From Candidatus Zixiibacteriota bacterium (lineage in GTDB: Bacteria > RBG-13-66-14 > B26-G2 > WVWN01), in the NCBI GenBank assembly GCA_050117845.1, contig JASFLY010000005.1:1-64000 (forward strand): a DNA stretch of 64,000 bases, in the 5' to 3' direction. This document shows, piece after piece, positions 20,201 to 30,459 of the stretch (position 1 is its first letter; the number at the start of each line of letters is the position of its first letter). The notes beneath the pieces are model-generated. The model had not been told where the DNA came from and did no database searches. It saw only the letters and a program-made list of their open reading frames with translations. Both the position numbers and the translations under genes were made by a program.

Positions 20201-20863
20201 TTATTTTCCTCCCCGCACCATCTTAATAATATCGTCGCAGGTCACCACATGCGCGAAACCGTACGACAGGTTGAGCAGCGTGCTCCGGTGAAACGCGAGC
20301 GACGGCGCCGCGGTGCCGTCCGCCGCGAAGAATACGCGGAAGTCGCGCATGAAGGCGTCGCGGGCCGTGGTCTCGCAGCACAGGTTGGCCATTACGCCCG
20401 TTATCACGAGGTCCGCTACGCGGGCCTCCCGCAGGCGAAGCTCGAGGTCGGTCGCGACGAAGGCGCTGTACCGCACCTTGGGTACGACGACGTCGCCCGG
20501 CCGCGGCGCCAGCCCCTCGAAAACGGCGGCGTCGAAGGTCCCCTCCTGCGGCGACGAGTTCTCCCACCACCGAGCCATCATGCCGGCGTTCCCGCCCGCG
20601 GGGTCCTCGGCGTGGCGGGTGTAGAATACCGGCCTGCCGGCCTCGCGGAAGGCGTGCGCCACTTTGGCCACCTCGTCCACTATGGCCGCGCCCGCCGGCA
20701 GGTAAATGGCGCCGTCGGGGTGGAGGAAGGCGTTCTGCATGTCGATAATAAGGAGCGCCGAGGCCGGCACGTCGAGCGTCGGCCGCCGGGCGTTGTAGGG
20801 CGCTATTTCCTCCAGCAGGCCGGGCGCCTCGGCCACGGGGTCGTAGGAGTGTTTCTCGGCCAC
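20201..20863 (-). CDS. Isochorismatase-family cysteine hydrolase
   Basis: ALLIIDMQN, KVRYSAF and GVMANLCCETTARDA motifs. Confidence 0.9.
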   Translation of the reverse strand: MAEKHSYDPVAEAPGLLEEIAPYNARRPTLDVPASALLIIDMQNAFLHPDGAIYLPAGAAIVDEVAKVAHAFREAGRPVFYTRHAEDPAGGNAGMMARWWENSSPQEGTFDAAVFEGLAPRPGDVVVPKVRYSAFVATDLELRLREARVADLVITGVMANLCCETTARDAFMRDFRVFFAADGTAAPSLAFHRSTLLNLSYGFAHVVTCDDIIKMVRGGK

Positions 20864-22275
20864 TAGTCCATGCCCTCCGCGTCCGGGATGAGTTCTCCCG
20901 GCTCGAGGTGGCCGCCGCCCGTCTCTTTGGCCTCCGGCGGCGCCGCCGCCAGCGCGGCCTCGTAGCCCCGCTCGACCTCATCCAGCGCCTTCGCCTCGTC
21001 CTCCGGCGAGCGGTAGGTGAAGGTCCTGTCGGTCCACTCCATCGGGTCCACGACCCACTTGAAGACGCGCATCTCCCAGTGCAGGTGCGAACCGGTGGCC
21101 AGGCCCGTCGAGCCCATGTAGCCGATGACCTGCCCCTTTTCGACGCGCTCGCCCGGCTCGACGGCGACGTCGGAGAGGTGGTTATAGATGCTGAAGACGC
21201 CGCGGCCGTGGTCGACGATGACGGCCTTGCCCCGTACGATAAGGTCCTCCGCCAGCATGACCTCGCCGCGGTTGGCCGCGCGTATGGGCGTGCCCTCCTT
21301 GTTCGCGATGTCGGTGCCAAGGTGGCGCTCCTCGCCTCCCGTGCTGAAGGTGCGGTACGTCCCGAAGGGCGACGTCATGCGCCCCTCCGCCGGCCGCAGG
21401 AACGGCCCCGCCCAGAGCTGCTCGTCGCGCTTGCGCGTGATGATGCTTTGGACCTTCCGGTACTCGAGCATCTTCTTCTCCTCGAGCGCCGGGTCGAAGA
21501 TCTTCTTCTTGGAGGGGGACGTTATCGTAATGTGCTCTTTGATGTACCCGCCGTCCGCGACGGTCACGGTCCCCTTGAGCTCCACCGCTTCGTCGTACGC
21601 GTCGTAGCCGGTGACCACCACCGGATAATCGCCGTCGGGGCAGGACGCCCGCACGCCCACGATGCTCGTGAAACCCTCGTCGGTTTTGAAGAACGGGAAC
21701 TCCTGTTCCCACAGCCGGCCCTCGACGTCGTAGAGTTTCTTGTTGGCCTTCAGGTGGACTATGAGGACGCGGCCCTGGTCGACGCGGGGGGGCTCGAAAG
21801 CGAGTTCGAGAACCGTCGGGTGGTTCTCGACGTAGAAGGTGGCCCGGGCGTCGGCGCGCAGGCCCCCCGCGTCCTCGGCCGAGACGGCCAACTCGTGCTT
21901 GCCGTCGGCCAGCCGCGCGGTGTCGAGGTTGAACCGGAACTTGAGGTTGCGCCGGCCGTCCAGGTCCAACGACGGCGTGCAGTCGGCGCCGTCGAGCAGG
22001 AGCGTGAAGGCGGCGAGCTTCGAGGCGTCGTCCACGGCCCCCGAGACCTCTATAACGCCGGCGTATTTTGCCCCTTCCGCCGGCGTGTCGAGCGTCACGG
22101 CGGGCGGCAATTCGTCCCGGTCGAAGAGGCCGGCCCAGGCGCCGAGGCCGAAAAACGCGGCCACGCCCACCGCGAGCGTCGCGATTATTATTACGGTAGT
22201 ACGGCCGCCCGAACGCCGCCGCGGTATATAAATCTCGTCGCGGGGCGTGGGCGCCGATTCGTCGAGGCGTGTCAT
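20863..22275 (-). CDS. Membrane-anchored M23 metallopeptidase with Ig-like domain
   Basis: HLGTD and HLHWE motifs; N-terminal TM helix. Confidence 0.9.
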   Translation of the reverse strand: MTRLDESAPTPRDEIYIPRRRSGGRTTVIIIATLAVGVAAFFGLGAWAGLFDRDELPPAVTLDTPAEGAKYAGVIEVSGAVDDASKLAAFTLLLDGADCTPSLDLDGRRNLKFRFNLDTARLADGKHELAVSAEDAGGLRADARATFYVENHPTVLELAFEPPRVDQGRVLIVHLKANKKLYDVEGRLWEQEFPFFKTDEGFTSIVGVRASCPDGDYPVVVTGYDAYDEAVELKGTVTVADGGYIKEHITITSPSKKKIFDPALEEKKMLEYRKVQSIITRKRDEQLWAGPFLRPAEGRMTSPFGTYRTFSTGGEERHLGTDIANKEGTPIRAANRGEVMLAEDLIVRGKAVIVDHGRGVFSIYNHLSDVAVEPGERVEKGQVIGYMGSTGLATGSHLHWEMRVFKWVVDPMEWTDRTFTYRSPEDEAKALDEVERGYEAALAAAPPEAKETGGGHLEPGELIPDAEGMD

Positions 22276-22310
22276 GCTAATCGCCTTAATGTTTCCCTTT
22301 CGTCGAACCT

Positions 22311-23186
22311 TTAACGGAGACCCGTGGCCTTATCCGGCTGGCCGTTAAGCTCGTAGGCCGCGGCCAGATTTCTGCGGGCGATGTCCTTCGCGGCGGCCTT
22401 GTCCGTCGTGCCCTTGGGGTCGAGCTTAAGCGCCTTCTCGAGGACCTCTACGGCGCGGCGCGGCTTTCCGGCTTTTACGCACGCCAGGCCCAGGTTGTTG
22501 TGGACCCAGAAGTTATCCGGCATGAGGACAACCGCCCGCTCGTACGCGGTCGCGGCCTCGCCGTGGCGGCCCAGTTCCTGCAGGGCCATGCCCAACTCGA
22601 ACCAGTAGTTGCCCGTCTGCGGCGAGAGCTCGGTCGCGGCCTTGAAGTAGGGCAGCGCCTCTCCGTAATTTCCACCCTCGGCGCGGTGTTTGCCCTCGAT
22701 CATGTAGTCGCCGGCCTTCCAGTTGGGCACGTTCGCCCGGGTCACGTTGATCGTGGCCGGAGGGGCCTCGGCCGGCGTTCCTCCCGGCTCGCCGGTTTCG
22801 GTGGCGACGGGTGTTCCGCCCCCGCCGATATCCAGGTACCCGCCGAAGACCCAACCGCGTTTATTGTCTATGGTTTCGACTTCGTACCAATACGCGGTCT
22901 TGCCGTCGATGGTTTCCGCGCCGTCGCTCTTTCCGACGACCGCCACCTTTTCGCCCTCGCTCAGCCGGCCCACGATGGAACCGGTGAGGCCGGGATCGCT
23001 GCGCAGGTTGAGCGGGCCGGCGTTGACGCGGGCGGTCTCGGGCGCGGGTTCCGACACGGCCGGGGCGCCGCCGGTTTCGCCCGGGGCCCCGGCGGGCGAC
23101 GGGCCGCCCTCCTTGTCCTTCTTGCCGCAGCCGACGAAAGCCGCCGTGGCCGCGATTAAAATTATAACTACTAAATACCTTCCCAT
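22311..23186 (-). CDS. Lipoprotein with bacterial SH3 and TPR domains
   Basis: Lipobox FVGC; LNLRSDP...GWVFGGYL; TPR repeats. Confidence 0.85.
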   Translation of the reverse strand: MGRYLVVIILIAATAAFVGCGKKDKEGGPSPAGAPGETGGAPAVSEPAPETARVNAGPLNLRSDPGLTGSIVGRLSEGEKVAVVGKSDGAETIDGKTAYWYEVETIDNKRGWVFGGYLDIGGGGTPVATETGEPGGTPAEAPPATINVTRANVPNWKAGDYMIEGKHRAEGGNYGEALPYFKAATELSPQTGNYWFELGMALQELGRHGEAATAYERAVVLMPDNFWVHNNLGLACVKAGKPRRAVEVLEKALKLDPKGTTDKAAAKDIARRNLAAAYELNGQPDKATGLR

Positions 23187-23226
23187 GATAGGACCCCCGA
23201 GTCCTGGTCTTCCCGTAACGTCGGGT

Positions 23227-23649
23227 TTATAAATCCACGTATTTGCTGGTCCGGACGTATTCCTCTTTCATTAAATGCGACGAGATGAGGAAGTCGGCGG
23301 TGGAGCGGTTGCAGGCCGTCGGTATATTGTAAAGCACCGATATGCGCAGCAGCGCCTTGACGTCGACGTCGTGGGGGTGGGGCGTCATCGGATCCCAGAA
23401 GAAGATGAGGACGTCGAGTTCGTTCTCGGCGATGGCGGCGCCGAGTTGCATGTCGCCGCCCAGCGGCCCGGAGCGGAAGCGGTGCACGTCCAGGCCCGTC
23501 TCCTCGGCGATAACCTTACCGGTCGTCCCGGTGGCGAAGAGTTTGTGTTCGCCCAACGTCCCGACGTTGAATTTAACCCATTCCAATAAGTCCTGTTTGC
23601 GGCCGTCGTGCGCTACCAACGCGATTTTCTTTTGCAACGTTGCCTCCAT
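23227..23649 (-). CDS. mgsA: Methylglyoxal synthase
   Basis: IALVAHD, ATGTTG, SGPLGGD and DPMTPHPHDVD motifs. Confidence 0.96.
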   Translation of the reverse strand: MEATLQKKIALVAHDGRKQDLLEWVKFNVGTLGEHKLFATGTTGKVIAEETGLDVHRFRSGPLGGDMQLGAAIAENELDVLIFFWDPMTPHPHDVDVKALLRISVLYNIPTACNRSTADFLISSHLMKEEYVRTSKYVDL

Positions 23650-23657
23650 TTAACTAA

Positions 23658-24749
23658 TTAATCGCCCATGGGGTCCCGGAAGGTTCCCCGGGCGCGCAGG
23701 TTTCTAAAGGCTGCCTGGAGGGCCAGCGCGCCGTTGAGGGCCCGGTACTTAGCGGCCTTGAGCGGCAGGTCGTATGGCGCGCCAAACTCGACCATGTCTC
23801 CGCCAAAACCTTTCTTGAAGTTGTATACGCCGTAGAGCGGATTCTCGGGCGTCGGGTTCCCCGGTACTCCCCAGAAGTCGAAGACCTCGTAGCCCGCCGC
23901 TTTGGCCCACAGTATCGACTCCCATACGATGCGGTTCGTGGCCTTGAGTTCCCGGCGGCGCGACGACGACGCGGCGTGGGCGTAGTACGCATATTTACCG
24001 AAGCCCAGCACGAACGAGGCCGCCAGCGTATCCTCCTCGGCCTCCGCGAGTAGGATCGTACTCGTGTCGCCGAACAGCTCGAGCATCTTTTCGTAATACG
24101 CCCAGTTGTGGACCAGGAAATTTTTACGGTCGACCGTGGCTCCGAGTAAATAATAAAAAAGGTGTAGATCGTCGATCGTAGTACTCGCCCGGGCCGTGAC
24201 GCCCTTGCGGCCGGCGTAGTTAACGTTGTAGCGCGTCCGGCGCTCCATTCCAGCGAGTAACTCGTCCTCGGAGCGCTTCAGGTCGAGGTACAGCGTGTGG
24301 CGGGGTTGGACGCCTTTTTTTATCTCCCGGTAGCCGAGTCGCCGGAGGCCGTCGCCGAATCCCGTGGGCATCGGCTCTATCTTGAGAACGACCGCGCCGT
24401 CGCCCCGGCCTTTTTCCCTCAGGGCGTCGGTCAAGGCTGCGAGCGTTCCCGCGTCGCCGTAGTCGACCAACAGGCCGCGGGGCGCGTACCACAACGTCCC
24501 TCCGATTACCGGTATGCCGCGGCTCAGGACCTGGGCCCCGGCTACCGCGGCGCCGTTTTCCTCCAGTATGAAGCGGCGGGGCCGCCAACCGAACGCGCCC
24601 TTGAGTTCGCCCCAGGCCCAGCTGTGGGTGATGGAGTACTCGTCCCGGGAGAGTACGAACTCGTCCCATCGGGAGGCGTCGGATATTTCGGCGAGTCGCC
24701 CGGCCACGCGACCGATTATAGCAAATCGGCGCGGCTTTTTAAACGGCAA
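23658..24749 (-). CDS. FemAB/FemX-family peptidoglycan peptidyltransferase
   Basis: SWAWGELK...GW, YAPRG, RYNV and FDFWG...YNFKKGFGG motifs; exact start uncertain. Confidence 0.85.
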   Translation of the reverse strand: MPFKKPRRFAIIGRVAGRLAEISDASRWDEFVLSRDEYSITHSWAWGELKGAFGWRPRRFILEENGAAVAGAQVLSRGIPVIGGTLWYAPRGLLVDYGDAGTLAALTDALREKGRGDGAVVLKIEPMPTGFGDGLRRLGYREIKKGVQPRHTLYLDLKRSEDELLAGMERRTRYNVNYAGRKGVTARASTTIDDLHLFYYLLGATVDRKNFLVHNWAYYEKMLELFGDTSTILLAEAEEDTLAASFVLGFGKYAYYAHAASSSRRRELKATNRIVWESILWAKAAGYEVFDFWGVPGNPTPENPLYGVYNFKKGFGGDMVEFGAPYDLPLKAAKYRALNGALALQAAFRNLRARGTFRDPMGD

Positions 24750-24840
24750 ATCCCCCGGCCTCGTTATATGATCAATTTGACATATCGCCGGTAACGTGGT
24801 AACATTGAATCAGGAACTTGACCGGAAGGGGGATACTCCC

Positions 24841-26091
24841 TTGACGGATTTATTTAAATACCTTTGCATATGTGTCGCCGTAGCCGGCTGGGCCGGTGCG
24901 GCGACTTTTTACGTGGACAGCGTGGACGGCCTCGACGACCCTACCCATAGCGGCGGGCCGGGGGACCCGTGGCAAACGCTAACGTACGCCCTTTCCCGCA
25001 CGAGCGGCGAGAACACTTTCATGTGCCGGGGTACCTTTGAGGAAGAAGTAACGGTCGCGTGGGAGGACCGTCGGAGCGTGTTTACGGCGAACCCGGGTGC
25101 GACACTCGACGGTTGGCTTGAGTGCGAATACGAGACGGGCGTCGATTTGAATGGCTTCGAAGTCTATGGTTACGCGGCAGGCGGTTCGAAATCGGGAATT
25201 GGCGCCCGGGATTGCTATTTCAATTATCCTTCGGGTATGGCTTTTCCCATCGCCCGGTTCTACGGCGGCAGCGGCGCCTACGATTGCGTATTCGAGTATT
25301 GCAAAACGGTTACCGCAATCGGCGGATTCGAATTTGGAAGGGCGTATTTCAACGGTTGTACGGTGAAGGATTGCGGGAGCGGCATATCGTATTCGGGAGA
25401 GGCCACCGTTTCCGCGGTTTCTTGCCGCTTCGAGAACGTCGCCGGCACGGCCTTCAGCGCTAATATATGGGGCGAGTTCGGGGCGGTCCGTAATTGTACG
25501 ATGATAAATTGCGGTACGGCCGTATCGATGACCAACACGTGGTACGGCGGTTACGGGACTATCGAAGATTCGACGTTTATGGCTAATACGATCGCTATTA
25601 CGGCGTTGCAGGAAGTCGAAGAATACGGGGAAATCGAGATTGAGCGTAACGTCGTTACGGGGAACGCCGGTAACGGCGCCACGGTGGGCGGTTTTCGTCT
25701 TAAGTTACGGGACAACGTGATAACGGACAACGGCGGCCACGGCGTCTATATCACCGAAGGGGCGCCGGACCTCGGGACGCCGTACGACCCCGGCGGCAAC
25801 ACCTTCGCCGGCAACGGTTCCGGCTACGACGTATATAACGCTTCGGCCGAGGATATCATGGCCTACGGCAATACCTGGGACCCGCAGTCCCGGGAGGAGA
25901 TGGCGGGCAAGACCTGGGCCGACGTTAACGTGACCCGCATTTACGACCGCTGGGACGACCCGAGCGTGGGGTACGTAAAATGGAGCGACTACTCGACCGT
26001 TACGCCGGCGTCGCTGGGCGGCGTTAAGGCGTCGTTCGCGGAAGGGGCGGTTCCCGCCTCCGTCCCGGCTCCGGGTATGCGTTTCGATTGA
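24841..26091 (+). CDS. Secreted right-handed beta-helix protein (DUF1565-like) with degenerate sub-terminal VTPASLGGVKASF motif
   Basis: FYVD...G-D...PWQTLTYAL; parallel beta-helix repeats; PDLGT-DPGGNTF; start uncertain (24796 or 24841). Confidence 0.75.
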   Translation: MTDLFKYLCICVAVAGWAGAATFYVDSVDGLDDPTHSGGPGDPWQTLTYALSRTSGENTFMCRGTFEEEVTVAWEDRRSVFTANPGATLDGWLECEYETGVDLNGFEVYGYAAGGSKSGIGARDCYFNYPSGMAFPIARFYGGSGAYDCVFEYCKTVTAIGGFEFGRAYFNGCTVKDCGSGISYSGEATVSAVSCRFENVAGTAFSANIWGEFGAVRNCTMINCGTAVSMTNTWYGGYGTIEDSTFMANTIAITALQEVEEYGEIEIERNVVTGNAGNGATVGGFRLKLRDNVITDNGGHGVYITEGAPDLGTPYDPGGNTFAGNGSGYDVYNASAEDIMAYGNTWDPQSREEMAGKTWADVNVTRIYDRWDDPSVGYVKWSDYSTVTPASLGGVKASFAEGAVPASVPAPGMRFD

Positions 26092-26142
26092 GCGGGACCC
26101 GACTTAATATTAATCCGGTTCGACGATAAGGGGGTAGTGCGT

Positions 26143-26748
26143 ATGAAAGGACTGGTATTGCTGATTAGTCTCCTCGGCGCCGCGGCCGCGTTCGGCCAGG
26201 GGCAGGAGCGCGAGTTTAAATGGGATACAGGTATATGGGGGACGAACCGTTGCACGCCGCACGGCCAGGGGATCTGGTACGGGAACGATTTCGCCCTGCG
26301 GGGATACGACTGACCATTGGGGTGGTACGTAAAGGATTTACGTATATATTGCGACCGGACGTGGCCCAACGAGCAGTGGGACGGTTTCCGCATCGCCATA
26401 TTCGGGTACGACGGCGAGGTGCCGGGCGAGATAATTTGGCCCGTGAACGGCGATCCGCAATGGGTCAAGCCGGACCTCGTTTACGCCGCCGGATGGTGCG
26501 ACTTCTCCGTTGAATGGTACCCTATCTCCGACGTTTTCATAGCGGCCCGGGAGCAGTTCTACGACGTGCCCGACTGCGACGCCGCCGCGTTCGACGCGGC
26601 TTCGTGGCAGGTCGAACACACCTGGTTCCGGGGCCCGGACGACTGGGTCAAGACGAACGACGCCACGCTGATGCTGCGCGTCCTGGCGGAGTTGCGGGGC
26701 GACGTGGAGCCCGCTAGTCTGGGGCGAGTAAAGGCGCTGTACCGGTAG
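26143..26748 (+). CDS. Secreted protein with in-frame TGA (candidate selenoprotein, 201 aa) and C-terminal VEPASLGRVKALYR motif
   Basis: ATG 26143 with signal peptide is in frame with tracked ORF 26317-26748; single TGA at 26311-26313; hairpin at 26326-26344. Confidence 0.7.
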
Positions 26749-26760
26749 GAGTATCCAGAA

Positions 26761-26793
26761 AAAAAGCCGGCCTCAGGGCCGGCTTTTTTATTT
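26761..26793. terminator. Bidirectional intrinsic terminator
   Basis: AAAAAAGCCGGCC-TCAG-GGCCGGCTTTTTT. Confidence 0.8.
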
Positions 26794-26805
26794 AACCCTA
26801 TGACC

Positions 26806-27567
26806 TTATTCCAAATAAAACCCGCCCACGCACGCCACCGCCCACACCGCTTCACACGTCTTCACGTCCGAGAATACGTAGACGTCGAGGAAGCGGAAGA
26901 GCACGTCGCTGTCAAGCGGCGGGAGCCGTTCGAAGCGGGCATGGGTGACGGCGAGGCCGGCTGCGTCGTCGACGGCTTCGACGTCGAGTTCGGCCGTACT
27001 CGCGTCCGCGACTATCTTGTATCCTTTATTATAAGGCTGGTACGCCTCGTTCGTAATAAGGTCCAGTTTAAGCTTCTTTATGTCTTTACTTACGGCCGCG
27101 AGCGCGGCCCGGGCGTTATCCTCGACGTCGGGTTCGGCCAGGATCTCGAACGCCTGAGGTCGGACTACGTAGGCGTAGGCGTAGAGGTCGTCGTCGGCCA
27201 CGAGGCCCCGGACTTCGGCGAACCCGTCAGGTGTCAGATCCTTCACGTCGGGGAGTAACGTGTCGACGTAGAAATACCGAACGTCCACCGGGGCCCGCGT
27301 CAGGACGTTTTTATCTCCTACCTTGGGTTCGCCAATGGTGGAATGTAGGACCGCGCCGCCCGGGAGGCCACCCCGGCGCCACGCCCCCGCCACGACCACG
27401 AGGTCGCCCGGTTCGTATTCGTCGTCGGTGGCGGCCTCGACGGTACGGTAGGGGTCCTGTCCCGGCCAGAGATAGAGCGGGAGCTTCTCGACCTTGTCCC
27501 CGCCGGCCGCCCGCACGGCGGCCAGAAGCGTGAACGCCAAGATTATTTTTATCGCGATTCTCGGCAT
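26806..27567 (-). CDS. Secreted hypothetical protein
   Basis: ATG overlaps argF TGA stop; signal peptide MPRIAIKIILAFTLLAAVRA. Confidence 0.6.
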   Translation of the reverse strand: MPRIAIKIILAFTLLAAVRAAGGDKVEKLPLYLWPGQDPYRTVEAATDDEYEPGDLVVVAGAWRRGGLPGGAVLHSTIGEPKVGDKNVLTRAPVDVRYFYVDTLLPDVKDLTPDGFAEVRGLVADDDLYAYAYVVRPQAFEILAEPDVEDNARAALAAVSKDIKKLKLDLITNEAYQPYNKGYKIVADASTAELDVEAVDDAAGLAVTHARFERLPPLDSDVLFRFLDVYVFSDVKTCEAVWAVACVGGFYLE

Positions 27568-28496
27568 CACATTATCAGGGCCAATAGGGCCTTCTGTGCG
27601 TGGAGGCGGTTTTCGGCCTGGTCCCAGATGGCGCTTTGGGGCCCGCGGGCGACGTCCTCCGTGATCTCCTCGTCGTAATGGGCGGGGAGGCAGTGGAGGA
27701 CGATGGCGTTCGGTGCCGCGGCGGAGACTACATCCGCATTTATGGTATACCCCGCGAAGGCCTTCTTCTTCGCGGCGGCCTGGGTCTCTTCGCCCATACT
27801 CGCCCACACGTCGGCGTACAGTACGTCCGCGCCGTTCGCCGCGCCGAGGTCGTTCGTGACGTTGATGGTGGCGCCGGAAGCGGCCGCGAGTTCGTGCGCC
27901 CGGGCGGCGATTTCCTCGGAGGGTTCGAAGCCGGGGGGCGTGACGACCGTGACGCTGAGGCCCACAATGGCGCCGCCGAGCATGAGCGAATGGGCGACGT
28001 TGTTGCCGTCACTTATATAGGCGAGCGTCAAACCCTCGAACTTGCCGAAGCGCTCGCGTACCGTCATCAGGTCGGCGAGGGCCTGGCAGGGGTGGAACTT
28101 GTCGGATAGGCCGTTGACCACCGGAACGTCGGCGTACTCGGCCATATCCTCCACGATGTCGTGGCCGAAGACCCGGGCCATGATGCCGTGCACGTAGCGC
28201 GAGAGGACCGTCGCGACGTCGGCGATGGGTTCACGTTTCCCGATGCCGACCTCGTCCGGCCCCAGGTAGAGAGATTCCCCGCCCAGTTCGTGGATGGCGA
28301 CGTCGAATGAGACCCGTGTCCGAAGCGACGGTTTCTGGAACAGGAGGGCGAGCGTTTTACCGGCGTGGCTGTCGCGCAGCGCCCCGGCGGCACGCTCCCG
28401 CTTGAGTTCGTCCGCCAGGTCGAGCACCGCGATCAATTCGTCACGCGTGAAATCGGCTACCGAGAGAAACGACCTCCCTTTCAGATCCATCGCCAT
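27567..28496 (-). CDS. argF: Ornithine carbamoyltransferase
   Basis: SLRTR, HPCQ, HCLP and QAENR motifs. Confidence 0.95.
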   Translation of the reverse strand: MAMDLKGRSFLSVADFTRDELIAVLDLADELKRERAAGALRDSHAGKTLALLFQKPSLRTRVSFDVAIHELGGESLYLGPDEVGIGKREPIADVATVLSRYVHGIMARVFGHDIVEDMAEYADVPVVNGLSDKFHPCQALADLMTVRERFGKFEGLTLAYISDGNNVAHSLMLGGAIVGLSVTVVTPPGFEPSEEIAARAHELAAASGATINVTNDLGAANGADVLYADVWASMGEETQAAAKKKAFAGYTINADVVSAAAPNAIVLHCLPAHYDEEITEDVARGPQSAIWDQAENRLHAQKALLALIM

Positions 28497-28499
28497 ACG

Positions 28500-29396
28500 C
28501 TATTTCTCCTTGCGTTTCTTGGGGCGCCGCGGCGCCGGTTCTTCGCCGGGTTCGACCGGCTTGTAAACGTAGCGTTTGTTTTCGTCCAGTTCGACCAGGC
28601 CCACCGGGTGCTTTATCTCGTGCGGGAGAAAGAGGAGGGCCCGCCGCCGTACGGCCCGGCGGAGGATGGTCTTTTTCCAGTCCAGCGTCGTCAAGGGGTA
28701 GAGGTCGTACGCCGTGGCGTAGGCCGGCGTTACGTACGCCGCCGTGGGAACGATGTCGCCCGGGAAGTAGGCCAGCCGATGCCGGGACGAGATGCGGACT
28801 ATCTGGTGCGCGGTGGTGTGGCCGCCCGTTACGACGATGGAGACGTTCTTGGTGATGTAGTGGTCGCCCTCGAGCAGGCGCAGGCGTCCCGCCTCCTTGA
28901 GGGGCAGGAAGTCCTCCGGCTGGTATCCTCCCCGCGTCCGCTCGTTGGGATGGGTGGCGTCGAGCCAATCCCGCCGTTGTATGTAATAGGTCGCTTTGGG
29001 GAAGGCGATGCGCGGCACGCCTTCCTCGTCTATCGTCGTCGCGCCGCCGGCGTGGTCGAAGTGCAGGTGGCTCAGGACGACGAAGTCCACGTCGTCGGGG
29101 CTCAGGCCCACGCCCGCCAGTTCCTCCACCAGACGGCCATCCTTCTTCACTGCGTAGCGGTCCCGCCAGGTGGGGTTCAGTTTATTCCCCAGGCCCGTGT
29201 CCACCAGGATATTGTGGCGCCGGGTCTGGATGAGATAGCAGTTCACGGCGAGGGGGACGCGGCCTCGCCGGTCCGTCTTCGCGTGGCGCGACCAGACCGG
29301 TTTCGGTATGATGCCGAACATCGCCCCGGCGTCCGTGTAGTAAGACGAGTCCGACAGCAGGTGGACCTTTACGTCTCCGATTTGATAGGGATTCAC
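28500..29396 (-). CDS. MBL-fold metallohydrolase (YtnP-like)
   Basis: DAGAMFG, SHLHFDHAGG and GGHT motifs. Confidence 0.88.
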   Translation of the reverse strand: MNPYQIGDVKVHLLSDSSYYTDAGAMFGIIPKPVWSRHAKTDRRGRVPLAVNCYLIQTRRHNILVDTGLGNKLNPTWRDRYAVKKDGRLVEELAGVGLSPDDVDFVVLSHLHFDHAGGATTIDEEGVPRIAFPKATYYIQRRDWLDATHPNERTRGGYQPEDFLPLKEAGRLRLLEGDHYITKNVSIVVTGGHTTAHQIVRISSRHRLAYFPGDIVPTAAYVTPAYATAYDLYPLTTLDWKKTILRRAVRRRALLFLPHEIKHPVGLVELDENKRYVYKPVEPGEEPAPRRPKKRKEK

Positions 29397-29409
29397 GATA
29401 CCCCCGTTT

Positions 29410-30450
29410 TCATGGTCGGGTCGCCGCCCGATTGGCCAGCGTGCCGCAGGCCGCGCTGATGCTCGCTCCCCGCGGCCGGCGGACCGTGAGCGCCATGGGC
29501 CCCGTCGCGACCTCGGCCAGAAAGGCCGCCATCCGGTTTTCGTTCGGCGGCCGGTAAGGACTGCCTTTCCAGGGATTGAATGGGATGACGTTTATTTTGC
29601 ACGGCAGGCGCCGCGTGAACTCGACCAGCGCCCGAGCGTGGGTACCGTCGTCGTTGACGCCGCCGCACAACACGTACTCGAAAGTGGGTCGGCGCCGCGT
29701 CCGTTCCCAGTAGCGCCGGCAGGCCCTGCTCAGTTCCGCCAAAGGATAACGGGCCATACCGGGCATGAGTTCGTCGCGGGTCCGCTGAATAGCGCTGTTG
29801 AGCGATATGGCGAGTTTGACCGGCGGGCCGTTCTCCGCCCAATCCTCGATGGCCTTCGGCAGTCCCGCCGTCGAAACCGTGATGCGCCGGCCGCCGACGG
29901 AGAAGTGGTCCCGCAACAGGCCGATGGCCGCCCGTACGGCGCGCGCGTTGGCCAGCGGTTCCCCTTGGCCCATTAGAACGGCGTTGCGGATTCGCGTCTC
30001 CGGGTGGCGGCGCTGCACCAGCGCGAACTGCGCGAATATCTCGTAGGCCGTAAGGCTGCGGCGGAAGGGAAGGCCGCCGGTCGCGCAGATGCGACAGCCG
30101 AAGCGGCACCCGACCTGGCTGGAGAGGCAGACGGCGTCGTGGTCCTCTCCGGGCATGTAGACCGCTTCCACCAGGCCGCCGTCCGACAACTCCAGCAGGT
30201 ACTTGGCCGTGCCGTCGGCGTCTCTCACTTCGTCCCGGAGGGTGGGAAAGGGGATATAATAATCCCGGGCGAGCTTCGCGCGAAGTTCGCCCGGGAGGTT
30301 GGTCATTTCGTCGAACGAGGACGCGGCCTCGGCGAACAGCCATCGCTCGAGTTGTTCGGCCCGATAGGCCGGCTCGCCTCCGGCCGCGAGGTAACTTGCC
30401 CGTTCGGCCGGCGTTAAAGCTAAGATATCTTCCCGCCGGTCTTCCGACAT
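29410..30450 (-). CDS. rlmN: Dual-specificity 23S rRNA A2503 methyltransferase (radical SAM)
   Basis: CLSSQVGCRFGCRIC, MGQGEP and AACGTL motifs. Confidence 0.92.
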   Translation of the reverse strand: MSEDRREDILALTPAERASYLAAGGEPAYRAEQLERWLFAEAASSFDEMTNLPGELRAKLARDYYIPFPTLRDEVRDADGTAKYLLELSDGGLVEAVYMPGEDHDAVCLSSQVGCRFGCRICATGGLPFRRSLTAYEIFAQFALVQRRHPETRIRNAVLMGQGEPLANARAVRAAIGLLRDHFSVGGRRITVSTAGLPKAIEDWAENGPPVKLAISLNSAIQRTRDELMPGMARYPLAELSRACRRYWERTRRRPTFEYVLCGGVNDDGTHARALVEFTRRLPCKINVIPFNPWKGSPYRPPNENRMAAFLAEVATGPMALTVRRPRGASISAACGTLANRAATRP

Positions 30451-30459
30451 GGCCTGCAA

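Noticed and set aside
26089..26145. Read-through of the TGA at 26089-26091 would fuse the beta-helix gene in frame to the 26143 gene
   Set aside because: No SECIS-like hairpin or Cys context. The downstream gene has its own purine-rich RBS and signal peptide, so the shared frame is probably chance.
27565..27569. Genome-wide reassignment of TGA (code 4 or 25) as the explanation for in-frame TGAs
   Set aside because: TGA acts as a normal stop at natural C-termini with ATGA/GTGA overlaps (argF, flavin reductase at 18063, cbiM, cbiQ). Conserved housekeeping genes contain no internal TGA.
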